A stretch of DNA of 64,000 nt from IMG/VR virus record IMGVR_UViG_3300024239_000013, positions 1-64,000 of that record; one strand, 5' to 3'. The notes beneath the pieces were generated by a model. That model was not told the DNA's origin. It saw only the letters and a list, made by a program, of their open reading frames with translations, and did not search any database. How positions within the stretch are numbered: the stretch's first letter is position 1; every line of letters starts with the position of its first letter. Below are positions 20,657-30,921 of the stretch, piece by piece. A program made the position numbers and the translations under genes.

Positions 20657-21046
20657 TTACCCGAAAATCACATCCTCAAATAGAACGGTTTGTAAAATAC
20701 AATCTGCTGTGATCGCATCATCTTCTTCGTTTTCCATTTCAATTAGTCTTTCTTGAGGTGAATGCTGTACTCTTTCGTGGACATCAGCAAGGGTTATTAC
20801 ACCGTTGTATTCGTCTCCTTCTTCGTCTATAATCTGAAGCTCTCCACCATCTTTAAGTATTCTCATTAAAATATCTTCGTAGCATACAATCTGATTGCTC
20901 TCAGACTTTAAAGCTTCTTTAGCCTTTTTATAATCTGCTGAATCGTAATCTAGAACTATACCGTGGGAGTTTAAATAACTTAACCCGTTACATAATGCTC
21001 TGTAAAAGAATTCTTCTGATTCTAAGTTCGTAAGTTTAATTTCCAT
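20657..21046 (-). CDS. Acidic hypothetical early protein
   Basis: C-terminal DA.TAD..LQ..LF.DVIFG motif; class I promoter. Confidence 0.8.
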   Translation of the reverse strand: MEIKLTNLESEEFFYRALCNGLSYLNSHGIVLDYDSADYKKAKEALKSESNQIVCYEDILMRILKDGGELQIIDEEGDEYNGVITLADVHERVQHSPQERLIEMENEEDDAITADCILQTVLFEDVIFG

Positions 21047-21143
21047 TGTTGTTTTATGTTGTTATGAATTACACATCAAATGTAAGAAATCATTTCCAGA
21101 TAAAAAAATATTATATAGATATTTTTTTATCTGGAAATATTAA

Positions 21144-21713
21144 TTAAGTGAATATAACTACACCTTCTTCTTTAGCTAGTTCAAAAGCATTTTTGAAATG
21201 CACATATGTTCCTAAATAAAAATTGAGTGAGGGCTTGGTTAATATACCATCAGCTACCAGACTCTCTAAATACACCTTGAATTTTTCCTCGTTCTGTACC
21301 ATATCGTTATAAAGTTTTCCCGCGATGCTCCAGCTAATTTCACCTTCACAGTCACTAAAATCTATAAGTTCATAACAGGGTGAATTCAAATAGTTTTCGG
21401 GATTCCTCCAAATCACATCTGGTATTACTCCAATCAAAGCTTCGCTTAGGTACCTTCTGAAAGCATTATAGTACCCATAAGAACCTGCACCGAAATGATA
21501 AGTTTTAGTCTCGATTGATTTGTACCAGTCACCTTTTGTTAGGTCAGGAGCTCTGTAGTGAAGATCTTCTCTCGTTTTTTCGAAATGTTCATCAACTTCA
21601 ATAAGAATATTATCCTTATTGTAAGTTCTTAATAGTGCTTTTTCCAGAATCTCAGCTACTCTATCGTCTGGTTTTTTATTAATTTTCGAATATGTTACTA
21701 TATCTAGTCCCAT
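21144..21713 (-). CDS. Conserved phage hypothetical protein
   Basis: MGLDI start, GSY..Y..FR..L, ELI.FSDCEG; class I promoter. Confidence 0.8.
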   Translation of the reverse strand: MGLDIVTYSKINKKPDDRVAEILEKALLRTYNKDNILIEVDEHFEKTREDLHYRAPDLTKGDWYKSIETKTYHFGAGSYGYYNAFRRYLSEALIGVIPDVIWRNPENYLNSPCYELIDFSDCEGEISWSIAGKLYNDMVQNEEKFKVYLESLVADGILTKPSLNFYLGTYVHFKNAFELAKEEGVVIFT

Positions 21714-21800
21714 TTTAATTTGTATTTTTTTAATTATGGAGTAAATATAAGAAAAATAAACAAGATAAAAAATTATTTCCTGGTAAAATATTTATTTTTT

Positions 21801-21970
21801 TGAGGCCCCGATCTTTTATTAATCCAGACCACCTCGGCCCACGGTATGAGGTATCCGACTAGTCGGTAAAGAAAATTCTTTTTTTTAATCCAACAGCTGA
21901 GGTCCCGATCTTTTATTAATCCATACACCTCGGCCCACGGTATGATGTATCCGACTAGTCGGTAAAGAAA
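21801..21970. repeat. Two ~74-bp direct repeats, each with a 17-bp CACC site and a CCGACTAGTCGG palindrome
   Basis: 21801-21874 vs 21898-21970, near-identical. Confidence 0.9.
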
Positions 21971-22052
21971 CCTCATAAAAAAATCTGGGTCTTTTAAGAT
22001 CCGGATTTTTTTTATTATTGTTGTACGGTAAAAATTTTAAATTTGTATTTTT

Positions 22053-22475
22053 CTATAAATCCTGCTCGACAATCTCTGGTGTTAGATCTGTTATTCTATT
22101 TTTACCGCGGATCAATTTCCATTTATTTTCCTTTGTGAATATGTAACCAAATTCTTCTGAATAAGAATTAATAAACCCATTTAAGGAAAAATTTTCTCTA
22201 GGTTGATTAAAAGCATCTCCTCTGTCTCTAGAGTAAGCTACCGTTACAACAGGTGATCTATTATCAAAGGAATGCTCGACTCCTTCACCTGGAGCTAATT
22301 CCTTTCCTAAAACGCTGATGTCACCAAGGGCTATTAAACCCTCAACCTTTTCTCTATTTGTGTAGTTCTCCAATAAAATTCTTCCATTGTATGCAGGGTA
22401 ACCATCCCAATGGCAGTAAATTGAGCGTATAGTTCCGTCCTCTTTTTCTATTCCGATTCTTGATCTTGTTGCCAT
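22053..22475 (-). CDS. Conserved phage hypothetical protein
   Basis: MATRSRIGI...SIYCHWDGYP...G..L..NY; class I promoter. Confidence 0.8.
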   Translation of the reverse strand: MATRSRIGIEKEDGTIRSIYCHWDGYPAYNGRILLENYTNREKVEGLIALGDISVLGKELAPGEGVEHSFDNRSPVVTVAYSRDRGDAFNQPRENFSLNGFINSYSEEFGYIFTKENKWKLIRGKNRITDLTPEIVEQDL

Positions 22476-22544
22476 GATATTTTTTCCTTTTAAATTATTA
22501 TGGTGTAAATTTACAAAAAATAAATCAGATAAAAAAATTATTTG

Positions 22545-22835
22545 CTACTTTATTTTCACAAATTCAATGTTGTTCGAATTATAGGCAACATCAGCATAGT
22601 ATTTAAAGAATCTTCTCTCCCTGGATAATATCACAGCTAACTGATGATCCGAAGCATCGTGTAGGTTTTTGATGACTCCATCCTCGATTCTCTTCTGCAT
22701 TAAACCCTCATCAACACTTCTGAAGTGACCCTTCTCTACTCTCTCCAACACCTCGGCTAACTCCCGACTTGAATTCATTATATAAGCTAGTTCCTGTAAT
22801 GAATCAATTATCTCTTTGTTGTCTGAATCTTTCAT
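22545..22835 (-). CDS. Hypothetical early protein
   Basis: Class I promoter upstream. Confidence 0.75.
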   Translation of the reverse strand: MKDSDNKEIIDSLQELAYIMNSSRELAEVLERVEKGHFRSVDEGLMQKRIEDGVIKNLHDASDHQLAVILSRERRFFKYYADVAYNSNNIEFVKIK

Positions 22836-22900
22836 ATTTTAGATTTTTGGTGTAAATTTACAAAAAATAAATCAGATAAAAAAATTATGTGGTGGAAAAT

Positions 22901-23629
22901 TTAATCCCACCACATAATTAATTCAATCCCAAAGTAATTGTTTCCGTGACTAGTCTCTTCGAATCTCACACTGTCGGCTTTGATTCTTTGACCCTTTGGT
23001 ACCCATTGGGTTTTATAAAATTCTTTAACCCTTTCTAAAGTATGTGCATCAATAAAATCAAATTCCATTATAACATATTCGCAACCGTGAACGGTTTTCC
23101 ATTTGTGCATAATGTTTCCTGTGTTGGGATTATTTGGACCATAATCAATTCTCGGTGCTAATGTATCCAATTTCCAAAGTGCTAAATTTACGTCTGGTGC
23201 TTTGAATCCATTCCAGGAGCCACATGCTTTAATGTATCCCTGGAGTCTGTCAATATCCAATGTTAGCATACCCCCAAATTTCAATTCTTTCTGCATCTCG
23301 TAGATTCTCTTACCCAATCCAACCCGATGGTTGGCTGTTAGAGTTCTCATTAAGTTGTAATGTGTTTTCTGTTCCTTCTTAACTTTATCGAACAACTCAT
23401 CTAGTTCTTCCACCTCGGTATTCCGTACATCCTTATAATCGATAGAATGCTGTGGAGCTTTAAACACATCACCGTCAATGTCCTGGTAACAGTGTGGATA
23501 TTGCATTGAAACCAACACGTTCCAAATAACTGAACGTTTCGTTTCAGGATTAAGAGTTTTGAACAATTCTGGGGTTAGCCTTGGGTTTACTGAACCGTTA
23601 ATGATAGGCTTAATTTCTGTTGTTTGCAT
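22901..23629 (-). CDS. Hypothetical early protein
   Basis: 242 aa ending in WWD; promoter with perfect TATATTTG. Confidence 0.8.
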   Translation of the reverse strand: MQTTEIKPIINGSVNPRLTPELFKTLNPETKRSVIWNVLVSMQYPHCYQDIDGDVFKAPQHSIDYKDVRNTEVEELDELFDKVKKEQKTHYNLMRTLTANHRVGLGKRIYEMQKELKFGGMLTLDIDRLQGYIKACGSWNGFKAPDVNLALWKLDTLAPRIDYGPNNPNTGNIMHKWKTVHGCEYVIMEFDFIDAHTLERVKEFYKTQWVPKGQRIKADSVRFEETSHGNNYFGIELIMWWD

Positions 23630-23958
23630 ATCTGGTTAAATTTTATATTGCAAATATACAGAAAATAGTTTGGATAAAAAAATTAACGGTCAGGTTTTTT
23701 TTCACCTCGAGAGATTCTATATTTTATAATATCCTTAATATGTCTATCGTGTTATTTTATATCTTCCAGGTACGAGTATCTAATTTTTTATGCAAAATTA
23801 ATAACACAAATACAATCAATATATTCAGCATAAAAAATATTCAGCATAAAAAACCCGGATCTCTCCGGGAATTTCTCAACTTAATTTCTTTTTTATCTAT
23901 TCTTTCCGCGTGAATTACCCCCGCGGGCATAGTATCTTAGCAACATAGTATGTTTTGA

Positions 23959-25056
23959 TTATGCAAATGGACTGGCAACAATGTTTGCCATATCTAAATT
24001 CTTAGTTAGAAGCTTACCTGCTTGAACCTGAATTTTTCTACGGTCGTAATCCGAAATCTCGAACCCATTGTCGTGAGATGCGAAATGTGTTAGTCCGTTA
24101 ACCAGATCCCAAACACTGGTTCCGGTTTTTGCAGTTTTCTTTTGAGCGTTGCTCAACATAAGAGCGTCAATGTTTGCAGCATAGAACCTTTCTCTTGTGG
24201 TGTGAAGTGGTACCCAAGCTTCTAGTTCCTTGTGTTCTGCATCAGATAGGAACTGAAGTGTTTTGTGTGCTGTTTCTAATTCCATTAAAGAGGCACGGGT
24301 TTCTGCTGCTAGCTTAACGTTAGTCTCGAAGGATAGTGGCATAAAGGCTCTTTCAGCAAGGGCATTCAACTGAGCCCAAAAGCTCTCCATGTAAGCTGGT
24401 TCCATTTGTCCTAATGTGAATGTTTCTGAGAAGGCTGTTCCAATCATACCGTTGGCGCAAACCAATCTGTGTACATATGGGCTAACATTAAACCCACCGT
24501 TGGGACTATTCATGAATGAAATACCTCCGAAGTACGACTCGTCAGTCATACCTTTAATCTCCCATTCATTTTTAGGAGAAGCTGCATTGATAACAACTCC
24601 ACCGTCTCTTCCCACTGAAATGTTATTCACCTCCAACCCATACTTATCTATAATGGATGTAGATGTATTGATGAAGGTTTGATTGCTGATGAGACTCTTG
24701 TTGTCTTTTTGTATACTGACAATCTCTCTGGTATCCGGGTTAACTGCTAGGGATAGAGTGGTAGCACCCTTTGCTTGAATAGCAACCTTTAACCTGTTAA
24801 CTAAAGCCTGTCTAGCCTTGTCACCGAATGCAGATGCGAAGGTTTTATCAAAGCCTACGGGAAGACCTACAATTTTGCAAATCCCCCTGAAAGCATCAGA
24901 ATTCATTTTAATGTGTCTTTCGCCTAATTTTAGGATGTCGTTTTTGATAACTTCAACGTCTTTTAGACTCACCTCTTTACGGATTGGTGTTTTTTCTATT
25001 GCCTCTTTACATTTTAAATCGAATAGAGACTGGGAGATAGTTTCGTACCTTGGCAT
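23959..25056 (-). CDS. DUF932-like phage protein
   Basis: RLVCANGM motif and C-terminal W.LVN.LT..ASH. Confidence 0.6.
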   Translation of the reverse strand: MPRYETISQSLFDLKCKEAIEKTPIRKEVSLKDVEVIKNDILKLGERHIKMNSDAFRGICKIVGLPVGFDKTFASAFGDKARQALVNRLKVAIQAKGATTLSLAVNPDTREIVSIQKDNKSLISNQTFINTSTSIIDKYGLEVNNISVGRDGGVVINAASPKNEWEIKGMTDESYFGGISFMNSPNGGFNVSPYVHRLVCANGMIGTAFSETFTLGQMEPAYMESFWAQLNALAERAFMPLSFETNVKLAAETRASLMELETAHKTLQFLSDAEHKELEAWVPLHTTRERFYAANIDALMLSNAQKKTAKTGTSVWDLVNGLTHFASHDNGFEISDYDRRKIQVQAGKLLTKNLDMANIVASPFA

Positions 25057-25136
25057 ATTGTATTATGTTTTTTTATATTGATTAATAATGATGCAAATAT
25101 AAGAAATCTTTTTGAGATAAAAAAATAATATGGGGG

Positions 25137-26141
25137 TTAATCTTCATCTTCCCCCATGTTTATCGCAAATAGCGCATCAAATGCAGACTCTTCCGAAGAT
25201 AGAATATTTCTCTCCTCCTCTAGTGTATTTCTCGCATCCTCATCGTTACTGAAACGTCTCAAGTCATACTCGACGTCTCCGCTTTTAGAAAGGGAAAAAT
25301 ACATTTTCTTAGCAACTGGTCCTCTTCTGTTTTTAGTGAATATCATATAACTATCCCCGCTATCTGTATCGTAACGAAGTTCGAGCATACCTGTAGTGTT
25401 GTGTTTCAGTTTGTTGGATCCCACGAAAACACCCCCTTTGGTAACCTGTTGAATAGCTATAAATGTCGTGTTTTTACCTTCGTCATTTTTTCCTAGGTTA
25501 TGGTTAATCATCAAGTCAATTAACCATTTCTCGGAAGAAGAAGTGCTCACTCTTAAAGCCTCCTTAATGTCCTCCTGAACCTCAACAAATGAGTCTATTA
25601 AAACCACGTCATATCCTGGGGCAAGAGCTTGTTCTATAACTGTTTTAGGATTGCTTTCGCAGTACTCCCCGGTAAATATCGTGTCAACTTCTCCAAATTT
25701 AGGAAATCTCTGAACGTATCCGTATAGATCAATTCGGGTCATTTCAGCACAAATGAAAAGTACTTTATTTCCTGCTATAGCCAGATCCGATAGAATGTCT
25801 AATGATACTGTGGATTTACCGATCCCTGGATCCCCTATAAGCATAATGTTACAAGCTTTAGGAACCCCACCATCTTTAGTGAATAAAAGGTCTATCGGTT
25901 TCCCTGTTGTCATTGGAACGAATAGATCCGGTGAAAAACTTTGATCCCTCATCTTAACCAACTCGATTGGTTTTTCGATGTAGGTTGGAGCAACAGAATT
26001 TACATTATTTCCAGATTGGATTGGGGGTAATCCCATTTCCTCTCTTTTTCTAGCTGCTGCTCTTCTAACTGCTTCTGCTATTTTAGCCTTAGCCTCTGGT
26101 GTCATTGGTTTTCTCGCTCCTGTTGGTTCTTGGTAAGCCAT
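25137..26141 (-). CDS. RecA-superfamily ATPase, RadA/Sms-like
   Basis: Walker A GDPGIGKST, Walker B VVLIDS, QVTK.G.F.G...LKH, KNRRG (RadA KNRFG); lacks the Zn finger and Lon-like domain. Confidence 0.8.
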   Translation of the reverse strand: MAYQEPTGARKPMTPEAKAKIAEAVRRAAARKREEMGLPPIQSGNNVNSVAPTYIEKPIELVKMRDQSFSPDLFVPMTTGKPIDLLFTKDGGVPKACNIMLIGDPGIGKSTVSLDILSDLAIAGNKVLFICAEMTRIDLYGYVQRFPKFGEVDTIFTGEYCESNPKTVIEQALAPGYDVVLIDSFVEVQEDIKEALRVSTSSSEKWLIDLMINHNLGKNDEGKNTTFIAIQQVTKGGVFVGSNKLKHNTTGMLELRYDTDSGDSYMIFTKNRRGPVAKKMYFSLSKSGDVEYDLRRFSNDEDARNTLEEERNILSSEESAFDALFAINMGEDED

Positions 26142-26223
26142 ACTTAAATTGGTTTTTTGTTGTTAAATTTTTTATTTTATTGATTATGTCGCTAATTTAT
26201 GAAAAATAAACCAGATAAAAAAA

Positions 26224-26691
26224 TTATTCGAGGGTTAATTTATTAAATTCTACGTCCCAACAATTGCCCTCGCCGTCCTCCACTGTGCAGTAGTCTTCTC
26301 TAACCTTTAGGACAATTCCAGAAAATTCAAAAATCCAAAGGTCTCCTGGTTCTGGTGGAGCAACCGAAACATATGCACCTATGTAAAAATCTTCCGCCTT
26401 CATTTCATTTTCTGGTTTCTTAGGTTCCGCTAGTTCTTTAGCCTTATTAAGCTCCTCTATTAGCTGAGGTAGCTGTTCTTCTTTAATAACCATTGTTGAA
26501 GAGAATCCCTGTTCAAATTCTGCAACCACCTCTTTTATGCGGTAGTCAACATATTCACCAAAGTCATTATCAAAATCATCCAATACGTCATCATCCAAAT
26601 CATCTTCGTCAAAAACTAATCTAACCACCTTAACCTCATCATTTAGGTATCCTCCAGTAGCTATTAAAATGTGTGTTTCTTTTTGTCCCAT
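26224..26691 (-). CDS. Acidic hypothetical early protein
   Basis: Class I promoter at ~26737. Confidence 0.75.
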   Translation of the reverse strand: MGQKETHILIATGGYLNDEVKVVRLVFDEDDLDDDVLDDFDNDFGEYVDYRIKEVVAEFEQGFSSTMVIKEEQLPQLIEELNKAKELAEPKKPENEMKAEDFYIGAYVSVAPPEPGDLWIFEFSGIVLKVREDYCTVEDGEGNCWDVEFNKLTLE

Positions 26692-26800
26692 GATGCTTTT
26701 ATTTTTTTTTAATTAAGTTGTTGTTATTATTATGACGTAAATTTACAAAATCCTTTTCAGATAAAAAAATATTATGTGATTTATTTTTTATTAAAAAGTT

Positions 26801-26808
26801 GATATATA
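26801..26808 (+). promoter_or_regulatory. Class III (late-type) box GATATATA (also 5404-, 6330-, 38597, 48958, 50809, 51297, 53188, 62990; AATATATA variants near 8241-, 37027-, 59337)
   Basis: Recurs 5-65 nt upstream of genes with CTS-like N-termini and lytic genes. Confidence 0.7.
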
Positions 26809-26832
26809 ATCCAATATAGATTATTTAATAAA

Positions 26833-27630
26833 ATGGATAAAATAAAATCATTTGACCAGTTTTTAAACGAAGCTCAGTTCAATATAAAAAACCCCGGTGA
26901 GACTGCTGACGCATTAGCAAATATCATTAAGGCTAATAGGAATGTTAAGGAAACCCCAAAGGGTAGTAACGCTGGAACCGAGGTGGCAAAATATCTGAAG
27001 AGTGTGGGTCTTCCCCCAGGTTTACCTTGGTGTGCAGCCTTTGTTTACTACATATTTTCTGAGTTATCTAAAAAACTTAACGTACCTAATCCTTTATCTA
27101 AGACCGGCGGTGTAATGCAGCAATGGGAATCTGCATCAAATGACATTAAGATAACAGCAGATAGAGCTAGAATGGATCACAAACTAATCAGACCAGGTCA
27201 GGTTTTCATTATGAGAAGACCTGGAAGAGGCTTGGGCCACATGGGGATAATAATAAATGTTAACCTTTCTAAAGGAACATTCACCTCTATAGAAGGTAAC
27301 ACCAATGATAAATTATCAGGGGAAGGGGATAGAGTTGGAGTTAATGTTAGAAGAATTGATTCTAAGGATTTAGTTGGATTCATAGACTATTTTAAGAACC
27401 AGAGAGATACTGGATTTGAAAATAAGCTATCCAAAGCAGTTGACGGTAAGGCATCGATGTTACCCCCGGTGGAAGGCGGACCTGAAGATGATGTTGTAGG
27501 AAAGGGTGAATTTGGATCAGCAGGAGATGATGCTATAGATAAAAGCTTCGGAGGAATGCTACTTAGTACTCTTGGAGGAAAGGATCTAACCGTCGGTGAG
27601 GTTAGTAACATGTTAAGCAAATTGAGATAG
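26833..27630 (+). CDS. CHAP-type peptidoglycan hydrolase with CTS-like N-terminus
   Basis: PWCAAFV, GHMGII, IEGNT; MDKIKSFDQFLNE start. Confidence 0.85.
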   Translation: MDKIKSFDQFLNEAQFNIKNPGETADALANIIKANRNVKETPKGSNAGTEVAKYLKSVGLPPGLPWCAAFVYYIFSELSKKLNVPNPLSKTGGVMQQWESASNDIKITADRARMDHKLIRPGQVFIMRRPGRGLGHMGIIINVNLSKGTFTSIEGNTNDKLSGEGDRVGVNVRRIDSKDLVGFIDYFKNQRDTGFENKLSKAVDGKASMLPPVEGGPEDDVVGKGEFGSAGDDAIDKSFGGMLLSTLGGKDLTVGEVSNMLSKLR

Positions 27631-27659
27631 TCAATAGGAAAGAATAAGATAAGACAATT

Positions 27660-27697
27660 AAAAAAAGGCTGAGAATGAAATTCTCAGCCTTTTTTTT
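27660..27697. terminator. Bidirectional intrinsic terminator
   Basis: AAAAAAAGGCTGAGAAT-GAA-ATTCTCAGCCTTTTTTTT. Confidence 0.9.
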
Positions 27698-27723
27698 GTT
27701 TGCTATATAAGTATAGTTTACCC

Positions 27724-28002
27724 TTACCCTGCATCTTCATAAAGTTCAGGGTAATTCTCCATTATATCTTCTCTTGTATACCCAAATTTTTCTTTGAGCA
27801 TATTAGATAGAGATACTACACCTCCGGAATATTGAAGCAAAGGATAGTCTCTTAAGTAATTGGTTGATTTGGATGCTTCTTCTACATCCAATACTTTGTA
27901 TTCTATAGAGTATTCTTCGAGATAGTCTGTAAATATCTTATCTGCAGATTCGTCTTTTCCAAATACCGTGGGCACTAATATTTTTTTAACTACTAATCGC
28001 AT
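27724..28002 (-). CDS. Hypothetical protein
   Basis: Operon-terminal ORF. Confidence 0.7.
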   Translation of the reverse strand: MRLVVKKILVPTVFGKDESADKIFTDYLEEYSIEYKVLDVEEASKSTNYLRDYPLLQYSGGVVSLSNMLKEKFGYTREDIMENYPELYEDAG

Positions 28003-28208
28003 AATCTGATTTCTTTTCCTTTCCTATGAATCTTTTCCAGTAAGGATAGTATAGCATCCTCTAAAATAAAGTTTAAAGATTTCGGTTCCTCTCTTAGACA
28101 TTTTTCTATAAAAAGATCAATGTACTTAGAAGCTATTTTAATGTGGTCTATCGATTTACATGAATCTATAACCGAGCTAACTTTTTTGTATTCAAAATCA
28201 TCTTCCAT
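27993..28208 (-). CDS. Hypothetical protein
   Basis: Short overlap with the neighbouring gene. Confidence 0.7.
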   Translation of the reverse strand: MEDDFEYKKVSSVIDSCKSIDHIKIASKYIDLFIEKCLREEPKSLNFILEDAILSLLEKIHRKGKEIRLCD

Positions 28209-28230
28209 TATAAATTGTTTTTTTTTATTC

Positions 28231-28788
28231 TTATTTAATATTATCTATGTATATAATCTCGTCTTTATCACCTCGGTAACTTTCTATTATAAGTTTCCAT
28301 TTACCTTTAAAGATTTTTTTGAAAACCGATTTACCCACTTCGATAACATCATCTTCTTCCCAAAACCCTCGGGTTAAATCACCAATCTCGTATCCTAACC
28401 ATCTATCTCTCCCATGACGTACATCATTAGATTTATCATTTTCATCATAAGGTCTTTTTAGTTCTAATTTAAAAAATTCCAAGTAAATCTCAGGTATTCC
28501 CTTTAAGAAGGATCCAGAAATGCTATTTTTACCAATTTTTTCTAAATCATCTGTAAAATTAAGATCATAACACTTTAAAGACCCGTAATAGTGATCAACA
28601 CCATACGAAGTCACTCTGAGAGTTACTTCACGATATCCATCCCTTCGATAGCCTATCCAACTAATGGCGTCCCTACCTTCGGAGTTTTTTAAATGAAGAT
28701 CTTTCCCAAAATCGTCATTGATTGGAAATTTCCAGAAATTTAAGTCCGCTTTACTTATGTGATTTTCTATATTAAACTCTTTGTTCAT
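28231..28788 (-). CDS. Hypothetical protein
   Basis: 185-aa ORF in operon. Confidence 0.75.
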   Translation of the reverse strand: MNKEFNIENHISKADLNFWKFPINDDFGKDLHLKNSEGRDAISWIGYRRDGYREVTLRVTSYGVDHYYGSLKCYDLNFTDDLEKIGKNSISGSFLKGIPEIYLEFFKLELKRPYDENDKSNDVRHGRDRWLGYEIGDLTRGFWEEDDVIEVGKSVFKKIFKGKWKLIIESYRGDKDEIIYIDNIK

Positions 28789-28799
28789 ATTTAATTGTT

Positions 28800-29648
28800 T
28801 TATAAATTTTCTTCAATCCATTTATTTAAAAATCTCTTTTCTATTAGACCAATAGAATGGATGTCATTATTTTCATTTGACCAATCGTGAGACTCGGATA
28901 CTGCTCGAACTATCAAATCAATAACATCATCTTTACTTTTATAACCTTTAAATTTTTCTAGCATTTCAGCAGTAGTTTTTGATGCTTGTTCATCTAACAG
29001 TCTATCTACTTCTTCTCTGGTATAACTATCTTTTACTTTTTTAATTGTAATAGTGTTGTCTTCCGGATTTACTTTTAATCTTTCAAAATCTAAAGGAGAT
29101 GAATCTCTTAATGATTCATGTAAAGGTTTATTTAAACCTTTTTCATACTCAACCAATACATCAGTAATAATATTACCTTTATTATATTCTTCAACAAATT
29201 TTTGAATAAATTGTTGAGAGGGTTGAGGTAATAATGCTCCATCTAATTTCCATACAGAATTAGGATGTGAATTTTTTCTTGGAAATCTTAAAGAAGTATC
29301 TGTTGTTGCGATGACTTTTTTACAATAATCATCTATGAACTTTAAACCATTATTTTTTAATAATTCAGGTATACCATCTATAATATAATAATCGTCCTCT
29401 TCTATTTTATCATCTGAAATAATATATAAATGTTGGTGTTTAAAGAGTTCTACATTTGGAATGGTGATGGCACATGAATTGTGATTAGATGAGTTATTTA
29501 AAAAAAACCAACCTTCAGTGTATCTTTCAATCTCTATTTTAGATGTCCAAAATAAAGAGGCTGATAAGAGTAATTGATATTCTTTTGTATTTATTACTTT
29601 TTCATTGGTAGGTAACATAACTACTTTTGCTTTTTTAAACGTACTCAT
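28800..29648 (-). CDS. Phage hypothetical protein, paralogue A
   Basis: QHLYIISDDKI, KVIATTD, PQPSQQFI shared with the next gene. Confidence 0.85.
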   Translation of the reverse strand: MSTFKKAKVVMLPTNEKVINTKEYQLLLSASLFWTSKIEIERYTEGWFFLNNSSNHNSCAITIPNVELFKHQHLYIISDDKIEEDDYYIIDGIPELLKNNGLKFIDDYCKKVIATTDTSLRFPRKNSHPNSVWKLDGALLPQPSQQFIQKFVEEYNKGNIITDVLVEYEKGLNKPLHESLRDSSPLDFERLKVNPEDNTITIKKVKDSYTREEVDRLLDEQASKTTAEMLEKFKGYKSKDDVIDLIVRAVSESHDWSNENNDIHSIGLIEKRFLNKWIEENL

Positions 29649-29699
29649 TGTATTTGTTTTTAAAATTATACCTAAAGATAAGGAAAAAAAACTAACATT

Positions 29700-30422
29700 T
29701 TATAGATTTTCTTCAATCCATTTATCTTCTTTTTCTTTAGTAGATTTTATTAAACCGGGATAACCATAATTATCTGATTTATATAATAAAAATGCTTTTC
29801 TACATAAGTCTTCAACTTCTTCTCTTTTCCAACTATCTTTTACTTTTTTAATCGTAATAGTATTGTCTTTTGGATTGATTTTTACTGTATTATTTAAAAC
29901 TTCACATTGTTTTAATCTCGATGCCCAGCTACCTGTTAGTGTAATATTGTCGGAATATTTTGTGCTAAAACCATCTTTTTGTGGGGTAGGATAATTAATA
30001 TACTCAACCATAACATCAGTAATAATATTACCTTTATTATACTCTTCAATAAATTGTTGAATAAATTGTTGAGATGGTTGAGGTATTTCTGTTCTACTTG
30101 TTTGTGATAATTTTTTATCTGTTGTAGCAATAATTTTTTTAAAAGTTTGATTTTCTTTATTTTCTTCTAATACAAAAATTAGTTGTGTTTTTGAATTAAT
30201 TTGTTCTACAATATTTTCTTTATTGTTATAAACCCAATCAAATAATTTTATTTTATCATCTGAAATAATATAAAGATGTTGATATTCTTTATATTCATCA
30301 TTTTTTAATCCATTTAAAATTAGTTTACCTTTTGTTTTTTCAACATCAGAATAAACCATTAAATATTTAGTTTGTTGATTATTAGGTAACATTACCGCTT
30401 TTGCTTTTTTAAACGTACTCAT
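29700..30422 (-). CDS. Phage hypothetical protein, paralogue B
   Basis: Same MSTFKKAK start and KWIEENL end as 28800-29648; start re-called. Confidence 0.85.
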   Translation of the reverse strand: MSTFKKAKAVMLPNNQQTKYLMVYSDVEKTKGKLILNGLKNDEYKEYQHLYIISDDKIKLFDWVYNNKENIVEQINSKTQLIFVLEENKENQTFKKIIATTDKKLSQTSRTEIPQPSQQFIQQFIEEYNKGNIITDVMVEYINYPTPQKDGFSTKYSDNITLTGSWASRLKQCEVLNNTVKINPKDNTITIKKVKDSWKREEVEDLCRKAFLLYKSDNYGYPGLIKSTKEKEDKWIEENL

Positions 30423-30543
30423 TGTATTTGTTTTTAAAATTTGCATTACAAATATAAAAAAAAAATCGCAGGATAAAAAAATAATACCGTGAATATTCCC
30501 TTATCCTGCGATTTTCCCCTTATTAAAGGAGAATTTGTCAATA

Positions 30544-30852
30544 TTATTTTCTCACTCTGTCTCCCACTGCATCATAGATTTGTAATCTAGATATCGAATC
30601 ACTTTTAACATTTAGACTATCAAGGATTTCTGGGGTTAGCCTACTGTCCGGATTATTATAAAGGTATCTCTTAACCTCGATTGCTAGTGAAGCAGAGCCC
30701 AATTCAGTTGCAACTATCAACGACTCTCTTCTTAGTTCTTTTGAACTTAATTCTTTAACCTCTATACCGTCACTTTCCTTGGTGTCGGAGCAGCTACCTA
30801 ATCCGATTAGTAAAGACAAAATAACAAACCCTAATAAAATTTTATTTCCCAT
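30544..30852 (-). CDS. Putative lipoprotein
   Basis: Signal peptide with LGSC lipobox. Confidence 0.65.
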   Translation of the reverse strand: MGNKILLGFVILSLLIGLGSCSDTKESDGIEVKELSSKELRRESLIVATELGSASLAIEVKRYLYNNPDSRLTPEILDSLNVKSDSISRLQIYDAVGDRVRK

Positions 30853-30921
30853 TTTTTTTAAAATTAATTTTTTTTTCATTCTTTTGAATTCAGCTTACAA
30901 ATTTTCTCAATCAGTTCTCTG

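Noticed and set aside
21801-21970. CRISPR array
   Set aside because: Only two long repeats, no repeat-spacer series and no cas genes; the same applies to 13170-13262 and 15080-15290.
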